Of a stretch of DNA of 64,000 nucleotides, positions 1 through 12,697 are shown piece by piece. The DNA is from Octopus vulgaris. Its lineage: Eukaryota. Below the pieces are notes generated by a model. That model saw only the letters and a program-made list of their open reading frames with translations, ran no database searches and was not told where the DNA came from. Position numbers and translations under genes: made by a program. The DNA lies in assembly GCA_951406725.2 (NCBI GenBank), contig OX597814.1:20026001-20090000 (forward strand), read 5' to 3'. Within the stretch, counting starts at the first letter, position 1; each line of letters starts with the position of its first letter.

Positions 1-286
1 ATGCTTGCATGGGTTGCACAAAAATGTTTTTCAGTGCCTACTGGAATCATAATCCAGACACACCATAAATTGTGCAGACATGCTAAACACTAAGGCAATT
101 GTCATTTTATTCATTCTTTCACTTATTCATCCATTCATCCATCCATTCATCCATTCATACATACGTATATGTTTTGTGCGTGTGTGTGTGTAATTGCACA
201 CACAATTACTGAGAAAGAGAGTGAAAAATGGTAAAGTGTAATGCATAAATGAAAATCAGAAGAATTCCTTTTTTTCTTTGTTGCAG

Positions 287-340
287 ATTGCAGAAGAGAT
301 GGAAAAAGAAAGAAAAATGTTTCAGTTACAAGCATGTGAA
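287..340 (+). CDS. ASAP1: Isolated internal coding exon of an ASAP-family ArfGAP (BAR domain), copy 1
   Basis: tttttctttgttgcag|54 nt|gtaagt, phase 0-0. Encodes IAEEMEKERKMFQLQACE, matching the recalled ASAP1 BAR segment IAEEMEKERRLFQLQMCE. No neighbouring ASAP exons recognised, so it may be a pseudo-exon. Confidence 0.75.
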
Positions 341-1065
341 GTAAGTATCTTTAATGACAAGACGGGCATCTGACTGTAAAGCAATGCTTTAGTAATATTT
401 ATTCGTTTGACCTTTACTACCACTGCAAAATAGACAATATAATGAACAAAATATCAGAATGAAAATTGTATTTTTACCATTCAGCTGGTCATTATATTTC
501 TTGACCATCCAACACTGACATCAACAGATCAGCTGTCCTCTATTATAATGACCATCACTACTGGCAGTTCATGTTTACCAGGTCACTATGTAACTGACCA
601 CTAATAACTGATATCTACTCATTGCTAATGTATATGTAATAAACCCTTAAAGAGAGAGCCCCATGATTACCACAGTCCAATGACTGAAACAAGAAAAGGA
701 TAAAAGATAGATAGTCCCCCAAAACATTTAGTCATGGGACCCCTAGGCTAATCCCTGCTTTGATAGTGAAAGTGGGCTTAACTCTAGCATTTAATCCAGC
801 CATTTCTGATCCAGATATTCTCCTGGTTTTATGTTAAAACTGAGCAGATCCAATGTCTCACACCTACCCTACAAGGTCATTATAAAAATAAACAACAACA
901 TCATAGAAATTGTGAAGCTATGAGAAAATGCATGATTAATTCAAAACAATGTGAATAAATAAGGTTTACATTTGACAATGAAATCTGAATGTTCAAGAGT
1001 TAAAGTTGTATTTGTGTGGCCTATTCTATCCATATAAGTTACCACAAGCATCCACATAAATCTTT

Positions 1066-1645
1066 AGCATTGCTAGCTTTCCATACTTTGTGATTTTGTT
1101 ATTGCTAGCTTTCCACACTTTGTGATTTTGGCACTGCTAGGTTTCCATACTTTGTGATTTTGGCACTGCTAGCTTTCCATACTTTCTGATTTTGGCACTG
1201 CTAGCTTTCCATACTTTGTGATTTTGGCACTGCAAGATTTCCATACTTTGTGATTTTGGCACTGCTAGTTCACCATACTTTGTGACTTTGGCACTGCTAG
1301 CTTTCCATACATTGTGATTTTGGCACTGCTAGCTTTCCATACTTTGTGAATTTGGAATTGCTAGATTTCCATACTTTGTGAATTTGGAATTGCTAGGTTT
1401 CCTTACTTTGTATTTTGGCAATGCTAGGTTTCCATACTTTGTGATTTTGGCACTGCTAGGTCTCCATATTTTGTGATTTTGGCACTGCTAGCTTTCCGTA
1501 CTTTGTGATTTTGGCACTGCTAGCTTTCCAGATTTTGTGATTTTGGCACCGCTGCCCTTGCATACTTTGTGATTTTGGCACCTGGCCTTCCATACTTTGT
1601 GATTTTGGCACCACTGGCCTTCCATACTTTGTGATTTTGGCATTT
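1066..1645. repeat. 32-bp minisatellite array (ctttccatactttgtgattttggcactgctag)
   Basis: Period 32 (e.g. 1141 vs 1173). Further arrays at ~2530-2755, 8000-8735, 10565-10700, 11060-11410, 17000-17900, 18760-18850, 20345-20745, 26995-27125, 28070-28200, 28865-28960, 29215-29345, 29550-29715. Confidence 0.95.
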
Positions 1646-2930
1646 TCACCGAAAATTTTACCCATAAATTTTTCGAAAATTTTCACTGAAAATTTTACAC
1701 AAAAATTTTTCGAAAATTTGCACCAAAAATTTTACCCAAAAATTTTTCGAGATTCTTCACCGAAAATTTAACCCAAAAATAGATTTATGTTATTGCTGCT
1801 GCTCCTTTATGTGTATATATAGAGTGAATTCTCGTTTACTACTTCTGTCACGATGCCTCGCCATCCACAATAAACCAGATTCTGGTTTACACTTAACAAC
1901 TATGACGATGTCGACGTTAAATAGACTTCAGCATATGGAGCATATTCGTTATATGGTTTTTCGAAAATTTTAACCGAAATTTTTAACAAAAATTTTTTGA
2001 AAGTTTTTCGCGAAAATTTTCCCCAAAAATTTATCGAAAATATTCACCTAAAATTTTACCCGAAAATTTTTAGAAAATTTTCACTGAATATTTAACCCAA
2101 AAATTTTTCGAAAATTTTCACCGAAAATTTTAGCCAAAACTTTTTCGAAAATTTTCACCGAAAATTTTACCCAAAACTTTTTTGAAAACTTTCACCAAAA
2201 CTTTTCCGAAAATTTTACACGAAGAATTTCAACAGATTTTTCCGAAAATTTTAAACGAAAACGATGTCGACGTTTATACACTTCAGCATATGGAGCATAT
2301 TCGTTATATTGTTTTCGCAAATTTTAACCAAAATTTTTACCGAAAATTTTCCCCAAAAATTTATCGAAAATTTTCACCTAAAATTTTACTCAGAAATTTT
2401 TGGAAAATTTTCACTGAAAACATTACCCAAAAATTTTTAGAAAATTTTACCCAAAAATTTTTAGAAAGTTTTCACCACAAATTTTACCCAAAAAGTTTTC
2501 GAAAATTTTCACAGAAAATTTTACCCCAAAATGACTTTCCATAATTTGTGATATTCGGACAGCTGGCCTTCCATACTTTGTGATTTTGGCACTACTAGCC
2601 TTCCATACATTGTGATTTTGGCACCACTGGCCTTCCATACTTTGTGATTTTGGCACCGCTGTCCTTCCATACTTTGTGATTTTGGCACCGCTGGCCTTCC
2701 ATACTTTTTGATTTTGGCACCGCTGGCCTTCCATACTTTTTGATTTTGGCATTTTCAATGTACAATTTCAGCTAAAACATTTTCCGGAAATTTTCACTGA
2801 AAATTTTAACCAAAAATTTTTCGAAACTTTTGAGAACATTTACCCAGGAATTTTCAGAAAATTTTCACCGAAAACGATGTCGACATTTATAGACTTCAGC
2901 ATATAGAGCATGTTCGTTATATGGTTTTTC
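1645..2930. repeat. A/T-tract satellite (12-13-bp quasi-palindromic monomers cgaaaattttcac / ccaaaaattttt) with Rep-like cassettes
   Basis: Continuous AAAATTTT monomers, often in a ~37-bp trimer. Confidence 0.9.
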
Positions 2931-2988
2931 TACAGGTGGTGTACAAAACAAACAGATGTAGTAGTATAACGCTCAGGAATAGAAAAAT

Positions 2989-3024
2989 CTTTTACGTTTC
3001 GAGCCTACGCTCTTCTACAGAAAG
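2989..3024 (-). ncRNA. Degenerate minimal type I hammerhead-like motif in a probable Penelope pLTR fragment (second copy 11705-11740)
   Basis: Minus strand cuuu-CUGUAGA-A-gagc(guag)gcuc-GAAACGUA-aaag. Stem I, stem II and GAAA are present; the core has U in place of the conserved A6. Confidence 0.5.
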
Positions 3025-3065
3025 GGACACAGAAAAAACAAGGAGAGAAAAAATGTGTGTAGTGG

Positions 3066-3435
3066 CTGAGCAAAACGCCCCCGTCCAATGGACGGTGCTG
3101 AGTTGTCAAACATTTAAACCAAATTTTCTCTAAACAACTTCTCCGACCGTCCCATAGGCCTCCCCTTTGAGAAGCACTGATTAAACCTAAATTTGAGACA
3201 CCAGCAAAAGAAGAAATAAAAATAGACTTCTTTTCTATTCCAAAGAAAAACGATTTCCCACGGCTTTATCGATCGCATTCTCACCTGGAATCGATTTTTG
3301 TAATTTTTTCAAGACTTATACACACCCTGATACCGTCGGTATCTACATATCAAATTTGAGCGCAATCGGGTGGAGGATGCCCGAGATCCTAGAAACCACA
3401 CACACAGACAGACTGAACGGATTTTATATAAGAGA
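3066..3435 (-). mobile_element. Non-autonomous Helitron-like element (second copy 11782-12152)
   Basis: Minus strand starts A|TCTCTTATATAAAA followed by a (GT)-rich tract. It has a 3' hairpin ccgtcc-att-ggacgg (3081-3095) ~10 nt before a degenerate CTAG (ctcag). Confidence 0.6.
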
Positions 3436-3834
3436 TTTGTTACAGAAATAACTAAACTTTTAGATCGACAAATCTTCCGCTCTCTATCACCACCAAATTA
3501 TCGATATATATTTACCAAACTTTTTGACTATCTCTTTCTCTGTATGCGTATTAATAACCACGCATGACTTTCATTTTCTTTAAAACTTCGTCTTCTAATA
3601 TTATACTTTCATTTTATGATACACTGCTTATCGCGCACAAAATGCTTAGCTTCCAAATCCTGTTTACTGACTGAGTAAAAATGATCAAAGTTTAAACCCC
3701 TAAAGTTTTTCTAAAAAACCTTTTGAAATACATGCTGCACAAAATAGGATTCATCGTGAAAAGTATATCAATATACCAAATTTGAAACTTTTACATAATT
3801 CTAAAATTTCAAAATCTGTGTCAGCGACAGAAAA

Positions 3835-3835
<1 letters not shown>

Positions 3836-3920
<85 letters not shown>
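3836..3920. repeat. (TC)n microsatellite (copy at 12554-12627)
   Basis: Perfect dinucleotide run. Confidence 0.98.
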
Positions 3921-3923
<3 letters not shown>

Positions 3924-3990
3924 ATTCGTCTATCTCTTTCATTTTCTCGTGGTAAACTTTCCCACTGTATAAAATTATATCGCTCATGTT

Positions 3991-5166
3991 GAATCTGATG
4001 TCACTACCTTGAGTTCAGCAAGGCCTTTGACAGGGTGGGTCATAAGATCCTCTTGCAAAAACTATCCCACACTGGTGTCTCCGGAAGAACCTAACACGTT
4101 GTTGTCGAAGGAGGAAAATCAAGCCCAGCCAAAGTCAGTAGTGGCGTTCCACTATTGTGTTGGGCCCACTTCTTTTCATCATCTATTTCAATGACATTAC
4201 TGACATCATCAAGCACAGTAACATAAGAATCTTTGCAGATGATTCCAAGATTCAGAAGGTCATCAATGAAGTGGGTGACCCGGTATGCCTTCAGTCAGAT
4301 CTACTGGCTGAGGACAAATTTGAGTTAATCTACTTCGGAAAGAGGATACCATGAAACTCCCATACTCCCTTCCTTCAGGTGAAACGGTTATGGCATCCAA
4401 CAACATCAGAGAGTTGGGATTAATTGTAGACAGCAACATAAACTGTGTCTCTCATATAAACAGCAAAGTTAACATGGCCCGCAGGATGTGTTCCTGGATT
4501 CTCGGAACTTTCCAGTCGAGAGATATCCACACCATTATCCTTCTCTTCTCTACTTTTTCCCGACCCCACCTTCAATACAGCTGTCCACTGTGGTCGCCCC
4601 ACACGAAACAAAGTATCATCAAAATTGAAACACCTCAAAGGACAATTACAAAAAAGATAGCTGGCATGACAGGCCTTGACTGTGAGGGTCGACTAGAAAA
4701 GCTCAAGCTTTTTTCCCCTCCAACGCCACCGTGAGTGCAACATCATCTGCATGATGTGGAAAATGTTCCATCGGCATTGCCCAAATGATGTTGACATCGC
4801 CTCTAAGATACACTCAAGACTTGGGCCCTGTGCTATCCGCCCACAACATAAATCATACTCGCATTACGTTACAACAATACGTCACAATTATTTCACCTCA
4901 GTTGGCCCCACTCTCTTTACACCAAAACACATTAAAACAGAAACAGACTCCATTAAGTTCAAAAAGTCTTTGAACAAATTCCTTCAAAAAATTCCGGATA
5001 AATCTCCTACATCCGGATATGTCTCCGTAAACAATAACTCTCTCCTCATGTTGGCCATGTTGTCCGATTCCTGATTTGAATGACTTTGCCAGGTGGTGCT
5101 ATTAAGTTAGACATGGCCTTGGTCAATACTGGCCGAAACCTATCAAAGTATCAAAATATCAAAATA
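3991..5166 (+). mobile_element. 5'-truncated CR1/L2-clade LINE (RT C-terminal half + 3' tail), degenerate
   Basis: FSKAFDRV, LGPLLFIIYFND, IFADDSKI, RPHLQYSCPLWSPH motifs across frameshifts; tail of (tatcaaaa)-like repeats. Confidence 0.88.
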
Positions 5167-5239
5167 AAGCGTTGTAGCTTTATACCAATATGCTGCATAG
5201 AGAGTTTTACTCCAGGACCACTTTCTGAATAGCTTTCCA

Positions 5240-5980
5240 ATAAATTTTATGAAAGCTCAGCCTAGAAGGTGGTCGAGTGCGTCTATTAGACTACGTCTGC
5301 AATTTTGCTCAGATTAAGCACTATTATTTCTACTAAGTTACGATCAAAGAAACTCGTTGGTGTCACCTTAACATTATGGATGGGTGCCTTATAATTTGTG
5401 AAGCAGGTGTTCCGGGTATTTTTACCTCTTATTGGGTGGAACACTGTGTGTTCCATGAGTAACATGTTTGTAAGGACAAGTAGAGACACTGCCTACTTTC
5501 GCTTATGCAGTGAGATACCTGCGAGGAGGCATCCCTCAGGCCATTCGACATTAGGAAGATCGAAGTATTCAGGGGGAGTATATGAAGGCTGTCATCAAGG
5601 TGGGTTAATACCTCTTCCATCACTATGAGGCTATCTTCGAATGAGCCCCCATAATTTGGAGAGCATCTGCTAAGCGACATGTAGTACTTATTACCACTTT
5701 GATTTGTGTAATGTGCACAACCAGTGTGTCATAGACTGAATTTGAGTGTGACAGCAAGACAATAGACATTACATCTTCCCGGATGAACATCGCAACTCTA
5801 CTATGAGCTCTTTTTCTCCTATCAGTTCGAAACACAACATACTTTGGTATGTGTGTTTCACCATTTGCTATGTCAGCAGTCAAAATGCATTTCTGTTAGT
5901 GCCATGCATATTGCTCGATTACATGTAACTGGGGCTTTGTGCTGATGGGATGTTACAAGGCCACTGGCATTCAGCAGTAA
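5240..5980 (-). mobile_element. LINE apurinic-like endonuclease fragment (copy at ~13940-14690)
   Basis: ALTEMHF...ETHIPKYVVFRTDRRKRAHSRVAMFIRE resembles the APE motifs LTETH...Y..R.DR...GGVA. Confidence 0.65.
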
Positions 5981-6204
5981 CTCTGTCTGTATACATACAT
6001 GCATGCATCCATCCATCAATCCATCCATCCATCCATACATACATACATACATACATACATACATACATACATACATGTACGTATGTATAAGCATGTATGT
6101 CAACTGAGATAAATAGACAGACAGACAGTAAAAATTATATAATTTCGTAGACGTAGAAATGCTGTATGATTAGAGGGCAATTGGAACATACCAAATAGTT
6201 GGAT

Positions 6205-6546
6205 ATTGGGGAGACCTCCTTCGGTCATGAATGACCATGGGATTGCACCTAGAAAGTTACCCTCCGAGGTACAAGTCCGGGCAAGGTTGCTTATGGAAGG
6301 CCAGCAGTTGCCCATGCATACCAGCCTCTCCTCTCCAAGTCACCGATGGTATCCGAGGGAAAGACAACGGCTGATGCAGTTTGGCACCAGTAATGTCGCA
6401 ACTCATTTCTATAGCTGAATTAACAAGAGTAACGTGAAATAAAGTGTCTTGCTCAAGAACACAACACCTAGCCCGGTCCATTATTCGAACTCACAACCTC
6501 ACGATCGTAAGCTCGAGGCTCTAACCACTGAACCATGCGCCTTCAC
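6205..6546 (-). mobile_element. tRNA-derived SINE, family A (copies 14964-15303 minus, 33528-33870 plus)
   Basis: Head gtgaaggcgcatggttcagtggttagagc (A box) and gttcgaa (B box); body shared among the three copies. Confidence 0.8.
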
Positions 6547-6719
6547 AATTGGGTATTACATGTCGACAATATAGTGGCAATCTAGTTCACTTTTCTTATA
6601 TTCTGTGTCAACGAGAGAATTCAAGGGAAATAACTACAAAATATACTTTTAGAGTTGTCTCCTCTTGAAAATTTTATTTTAAAGCTAAATAAAACTGACG
6701 TACGATTCTGCTGAAGGCC

Positions 6720-6882
6720 ACATCATCATCATCATCACCATCGTTTAACTGGGATCTGGGAAGTTCACGGGTGCCAGGCGAGGCTGGCAACGGCCAAGAT
6801 CGGATGGTCTTGTTACGTATATATGTATGTGTGTATGTATGTATATGTGTATATATATATATGTATGTATGTATGCGTGTGC

Positions 6883-6927
<45 letters not shown>

Positions 6928-6930
6928 TAC

Positions 6931-6992
<62 letters not shown>

Positions 6993-7000
6993 GCATGTAT
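6720..7000 (-). repeat. RTE-type 3' end with (ATG)n tail abutting a compound (TA)n/(CA)n microsatellite (copies 15478-15826, 18975-19270)
   Basis: catcatc...gtttaac...gggatctgggaag matches the 3' end of the RTE element at 58633-59540. Confidence 0.75.
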
Positions 7001-7317
7001 ATAATCATGTTCCATGCTTGCATGTGTTGCACAGAAATGTTTTTCAGTGCCTACTGGAAGCATAATCCAGACACACCATAAATTGTGCAGACATGCTAAA
7101 CACTAAGGCAATTGTCATTTTATTCATTCTTTCACTCATTCATCCATTCATCCATCCATTCATCCATTCATCCATCCATTCATCCATTCATACATACATA
7201 CATCTTTTGTGCGTGTGTGTGTAATTGCACACACAATTACGGAGAAAGAGAGTGAGAAATGGTAAAGTGTAATGCATAAATGAAAATCAGAAGAATTCCT
7301 TTTTTTCTTTGTTGCAG

Positions 7318-7371
7318 ATTGCAGAAGAGATGGAAAAAGAAAGAAAAATGTTTCAGTTACAAGCATGTGAA
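7318..7371 (+). CDS. ASAP1: ASAP-family exon, copy 2
   Basis: Identical 54-nt exon with intact AG/GT sites in macro-unit 2. Confidence 0.75.
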
Positions 7372-8734
7372 GTAAGTATCTTTAATGACAAGACGGGCAT
7401 CTGACTGTAAAGCAATGCTTTAGTAATATTTATTCGTCTGACCTTTACTACCACTGCAAAATAGACAATATAATGAACAAAATATCAGAATGAAAATTGT
7501 ATTTTTATCATTCAGCTGGTCATTATATTTCTTGACCATCCAACACTGACATCAACAGATCAGCTGTCCTCTATTATAATGACCATCACTACTGACATGT
7601 CATGTTTACCAGGTCACTATGTAACTGACCACTAATAACTGATATCTACTTATTGCTAATGTATATGTAATAAACCCTTAAAGAGAGAGCCCCATGATTA
7701 CCACAGTCCAATGACTGAAACAAGAAAAGGACAAAAGATAGATAGTCCCCCAAAACATTTAGTCATGGGACCCCTAGGCTAATCCCTGCTTTGATAGTGA
7801 AATTGGGCTTAACTCTAGCATTTAATCCAGCCATTTCTGGTCCAGATATTCTCCTGGTTTTATGTTAAAACTGAGCAGATCCAATGTCTCACACCTACCC
7901 TACAAGGTCATTATAAAAATAAACAACAACATCATAGAAATTGTGAAGCTATGAGAAAATGCATGATTAATTCGAAACAATGTGAATAAATAAGGTTTAT
8001 TCTAGCTTTCCATACTTTGTGATTTTGGGACTCGTAGCTTTCCATACATTGTGATTTTGGCACTGCTAGCTTTCCATACTTTGTGATTTTTGCATTGCCA
8101 GATTTCCATACTTTGTGAATTTAGAATTGCTAGGTTTCCATACTTTGTATTTTGGCAATGCTAGGTTTCCATACTTTGTGATTTTTTTCATTGCTAGCTT
8201 TCCATACTTTGCGATTTTGGCATTGCTAGATTTCCATACTTTGTGAATTTGGAATTGCTAGGTTTCCATACTTTGTATTATGGCAATGCTAGGTTTACGT
8301 ACTTTGTGATTTTGTTATTGCTAGATTTCCATACTTTGTGAATTTGGAATTGCTAGGTTTCCATACTTTGTATTATGGCAATGCTAGGTTTACGTACTTT
8401 GTGATTTTGTTATTGCTAGCTTTCCATACTTTGTGATTTTGGCACTGCTTGGTTTCCATACTTTGTGGTTTTGGCACTGCTAGATCTCCATATTTTGTGA
8501 TTGTGGCACTGCTAGCTATCCATACTTTTTGATTTTGGCACTGCTAGGTTTCCATACTTTGTGATTTTGGCACTGCTAGGTTTCCATACTTTGTGATTTT
8601 GGCACCGCTGTTTTTCCATACATTGTGATTTTGGCACCTCTGGCCTTGCATACTTTATGATTTTGGCACCTCTGGCCTTCCATACTTTGTGATTTTTGCA
8701 CCACTGGCCTTCCATACTTTGTGATTTTGGCATT

Positions 8735-11640
8735 TTCACCGAAAATTTTACACGTTAATTTTTCGAAAATTTTCACCAAATATTTTCCGAAAATTTTCAC
8801 TGAAAATTTTACACAAAAATTTTACCCAAAAATTTTTCGATATTGTTCACCGAAAATTTTACCCAAAAATAGATTTATGTTATTGCTAAAAATAGATGTT
8901 TATGTGGCTGCTGCTACTACTTTCTGTGTATATATAGAGTGAATTCTGGTTTACTACTACTGTCAAGATGCCTCGCCATTCACGATACACCAGATTCTGC
9001 TTTACACTTAACAACTATGACAATGTCGACGTTTATAGACTTCAGCATATGGAGCATATTCGTAATATGGTATTTCGACAATTTTCACCGAAAATTTTAC
9101 CCAAAAATTTTTTTTAAATTTTTGCCGAAAATTTTCACCAAAAATATTTCGAAAATTTTGACCAAAAATTTTTCCCAAAAATTTTTGGAAGATTTTAACC
9201 AAATATTTTACGAAAATTTTCACCGAAAATTTTAACCAAAAATTTTTCGAAGATTTTACCCAAAAATTTTACGAAAATTTTGAACGAAAATTATTTAAAA
9301 GTTCTCACCGAAAATTTTCCCCACAAAATTTTTGCAGAATTTTCACCGAAAATTTTACCCAAAAATAGATTTATGTTATTGCTAAAAATAGATTTTTATG
9401 TGGCTGCTTTCTGTGTATATATAGAGTGAATTCTGGTTTACTACTACTGTCAACATGCCTCACCATCCACGATACACCAGATTCTGCTTTACACTTAACA
9501 ACTATGACGATGTTGACGTTTATTGACATTAGAATATAGAGCATATTGGTTATATGTTTTTCCGAAAATTTTCACCGAAATTTTTACCCAAACATTTTTT
9601 GAAAATTTTTGTTGAAAATTTTCCCTAAAAATTTAGTGAAAATTTTCACCTAAAGTTTTGCTTAAAAATTTTTTGAAAATTTTCACCGGAAATAATACCT
9701 AAAAATTTTGCGAAAATTTTCACCGAAAATTTTACTCAAAACTTTTTCAAAAGCACCGCTGGCCTTCCATACTTTGTGATTTTGGCACTGCTAGCTTTTC
9801 AGCATATGGAGCATATTCGTAATATTGTATTTCGAAAATTTTCAACGAAAATTTTACCCAAAAATATTTTGAAAATTTTTACCGAAATTTTCAGCAAAAA
9901 TATTTCGAAAATTTTCACCGAAAATTTTGCCCAAAAATTTTTCGAAAATTTTACACAAAAATAGATATTGCTAAAAATAGATTTTTATGGGCTGCTGCTG
10001 TTGCTTTCTGTGCATATATAGAGTGAATTCTGGTTTACTGTCACGATGCCTCAGCATCCACAATAAACCAGATTCTGCTTTACACTTAACAACTATGACG
10101 ATGTCGACGTTTATAGACTTCAGCATAGGGAGCATATTCGTTATATGGTTTTTCGAAAATTTTAACCGAAATTTTTAACAAAAAATTTTTTTTTTATTTT
10201 TGCCGAAAATTTTCACCAAAAATTTATCGAAAATATTCACCTAAAATTTTACACGAAAAATTTCACCAAATTTTTCCTAAAATTTTAACCGAAAACGATG
10301 TCGACGTTTATAGACTTCAGCATATGGAGCATATTCGTTATATTGTTTTTCGCAAATTTTAACCTAAATTTTTACCAAAAATTTTCCCCAAAAATTTATC
10401 GAAAATTTTCATTTAAAATTTTACTCACAAATTTTTCGAAAGTTTTCACTGAAAACATTACCCAAAAATTTTTAGAAAATTTTCACCACAAATTTTACCC
10501 AAAATTTTTCGAAAATTTTCACCAAAAATTTTCCGAAAATTTTCACGGAAAATTTTACCCAAAAATGGCTTTACATTCTTTGTGATTTTGGCATCGCTGG
10601 CCTTCCATACTTTGTGATTTTGGCACCACTGGCTTTCAATACTTTGTGATTTTGGCACCGCTGGCCTTCCATACTTTGTGATTTTGGCACTGCTAGCTTT
10701 TCCCCAAAAATTTATCGAAAATTTTCACCTAAAATTTTACTCAAAAATTTTTCAAAAATTTTCACAGAAAATGCTACCCCAAAATTTTTCGAAAATTTTC
10801 ACTAAAAGTTTTAACAAAAACGTTTATGTGGCTGCTTTCTGTGTATATATAGAGTGAATTCTGGTTTACTAGTATTGTCAACATGCCTCACCATCCACGA
10901 TACACCAGATACTGCTTTACACTTAACAACTATGACGATGTCGACGTTTATACACTTCAGCATAGGGATCAAATTCGTTATTTGGGTTTTCAAACATTTT
11001 GAACGAAAATTTAACCCAATAATTTGTTGAAAATTTTCACTGAAAATTTCACCCCAAAATGGCTTTCCATACTTTGTGATTTTGGCACCGCTGGCCTTCC
11101 ATACTTTGCGATTTTAGAACCACTGGCTTTCCATACTTTGTGATTTTGGCATCGCTGGCCTTCCATACTTTGTGATTTTAGAACCACTGGCTTTCCATAT
11201 TTTGTGATTTGGCACCGCTGGCCGTCCATACTTTGTGATTTTCGGACCACTATCCTTCCATACATTGTGATTTTTGGCACCACTGGCCTTCCATACTTTG
11301 TGATTTTGGCACCGCTGTCCTTCTATACTTTGTGATTTTGGCACCGCTAGCCTTCCATACTTTTTTATTTTGGCACCGCTGGCCTTCCATACTTTTTGAT
11401 TTTGGCATTTTCAACGTACAATTTTACCTAAAAATTTTCCGAAAATTTTCACTGAAAATTTTTACCCAAAAATCTTTCGATACTTTTGAAAACTTCTACC
11501 CAGGAATTTTCAGAAAATTATCACCGAAAACGATGTCGACATTTATAGACTTCAGCATATGTAGCATGTTCGTTATTTGGTTTTTCTAAAATTTTCACCG
11601 ATAATTTTAACCAAATCTTTTTCGAAAATTTTCACCGAAG
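8735..11640. repeat. Expanded A/T-tract satellite with four full Rep-like cassettes
   Basis: Same monomers; cassette ATGs at 8968, 9455, 10046, 10883. Confidence 0.9.
8968..9075 (+). pseudogene. Endogenous CRESS-DNA (circovirus-like) Rep N-terminal fragment, representative copy
   Basis: Translates MPRHSRYTRFCFTLNNYDNVDVYRLQHMEHIRNMVF. (R)xCFTLNNY is RCR motif I of Circoviridae/CRESS Reps, followed at the usual spacing by the Y-x-V-F strand that precedes motif II. Confidence 0.65.
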
Positions 11641-12551
11641 ATGAAGACAGGTGGTGTACAAAACAAACAGATGTATTAGTATAACGCTCAGGAGTAGAAA
11701 AAATCTTTTACGTTTCGAGCCTACGCTCTTCTACAGAAAGGGACACAGAAAAAACAAGGAGAGAAAAAATGTGTGTAGTGGCTGAGCAAAACGCCCCCCG
11801 TCCATTGGACGGTGCTGACTTGTCAAACATTTAAACCAAATTTTCTCAAAACAACTTGTCCGACCGTCCCATAGGCCTCCCCTTTGAGAAGCACTGATTT
11901 AACCTAAATTTGAGACACCAGCAAAAGAAGAAATAAAAATAGACTTCTTTTTTATTCCAAAGAAAAACGATTTCCCACGGCTTTATCGATCGCATTCTCA
12001 CCTGGAATCGATTTTTGTAATTTTTTCAAGACTTATACACGCCCTGATACCGTCGGTATCTACATATCAAATTTGAGCGCAATTGGGTGGAGGATGCCCG
12101 AGATCCTAGAAACCACACACACAGACAGACTGAACGGATTTTATATAAGAGATTTGTTACAGAAATAACTAAACTTTTAGATCGACAAATCTTCCGCTCT
12201 CTATCACCACCAAACTGTCGTTATATATTTACCAAACTTTTTGACTATCTCTTTCTCTGTATGCGTATTAATAACCACGCATGACTTTCATTTTCTTTAA
12301 AACTTCGTCTTCTAATATTATACTTTCATTTTATGATACACTGCTTATCGCGCACAAAATGCTTAGCTTCCAAATCCTGTTTACTGACTGAGTAAAAATG
12401 ATCAAAGTTTAAACCCCTAAAGTTTTTCTAAAAAACTTTTTGAAATACATGCTTCATAAACTAGGATTCATCGTGAAAAGTACATCAATATACCAAATTT
12501 GAAACTTTTACATAATTCTAAAATTTCAAAATCTGTGTCAGCGACAGAAAA

Positions 12552-12630
<79 letters not shown>

Positions 12631-12697
12631 ATTCGTCTATCTCTTTCATTTTCTTGTGGTAAACTTTCCCACTGTATAAAATTATATCACTCATGTT

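Noticed and set aside
147-335. Minus-strand 62-aa ORF repeated in each macro-unit
   Set aside because: It is the antisense shadow of the plus-strand ASAP exon and adjacent simple repeats.
1165-1172. Satellite monomer end actgctag identical to the Helitron 3' terminus at 44793-44800
   Set aside because: An 8-nt match with no hairpin is too weak to claim a Helitron origin.
1066-1645. 32-bp repeats as a CRISPR array
   Set aside because: Monomers are head-to-tail with no unique spacers, there are no cas genes, and the context is eukaryotic.
6674-7081. YI/HT/CV-repeat ORFs (also 15520-15887, 18970-19361, 39453-39736)
   Set aside because: Microsatellite translations.
8872-8890. tgttattgc as the CRESS nonanucleotide origin
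   Set aside because: Three mismatches to TAGTATTAC and no flanking stem.
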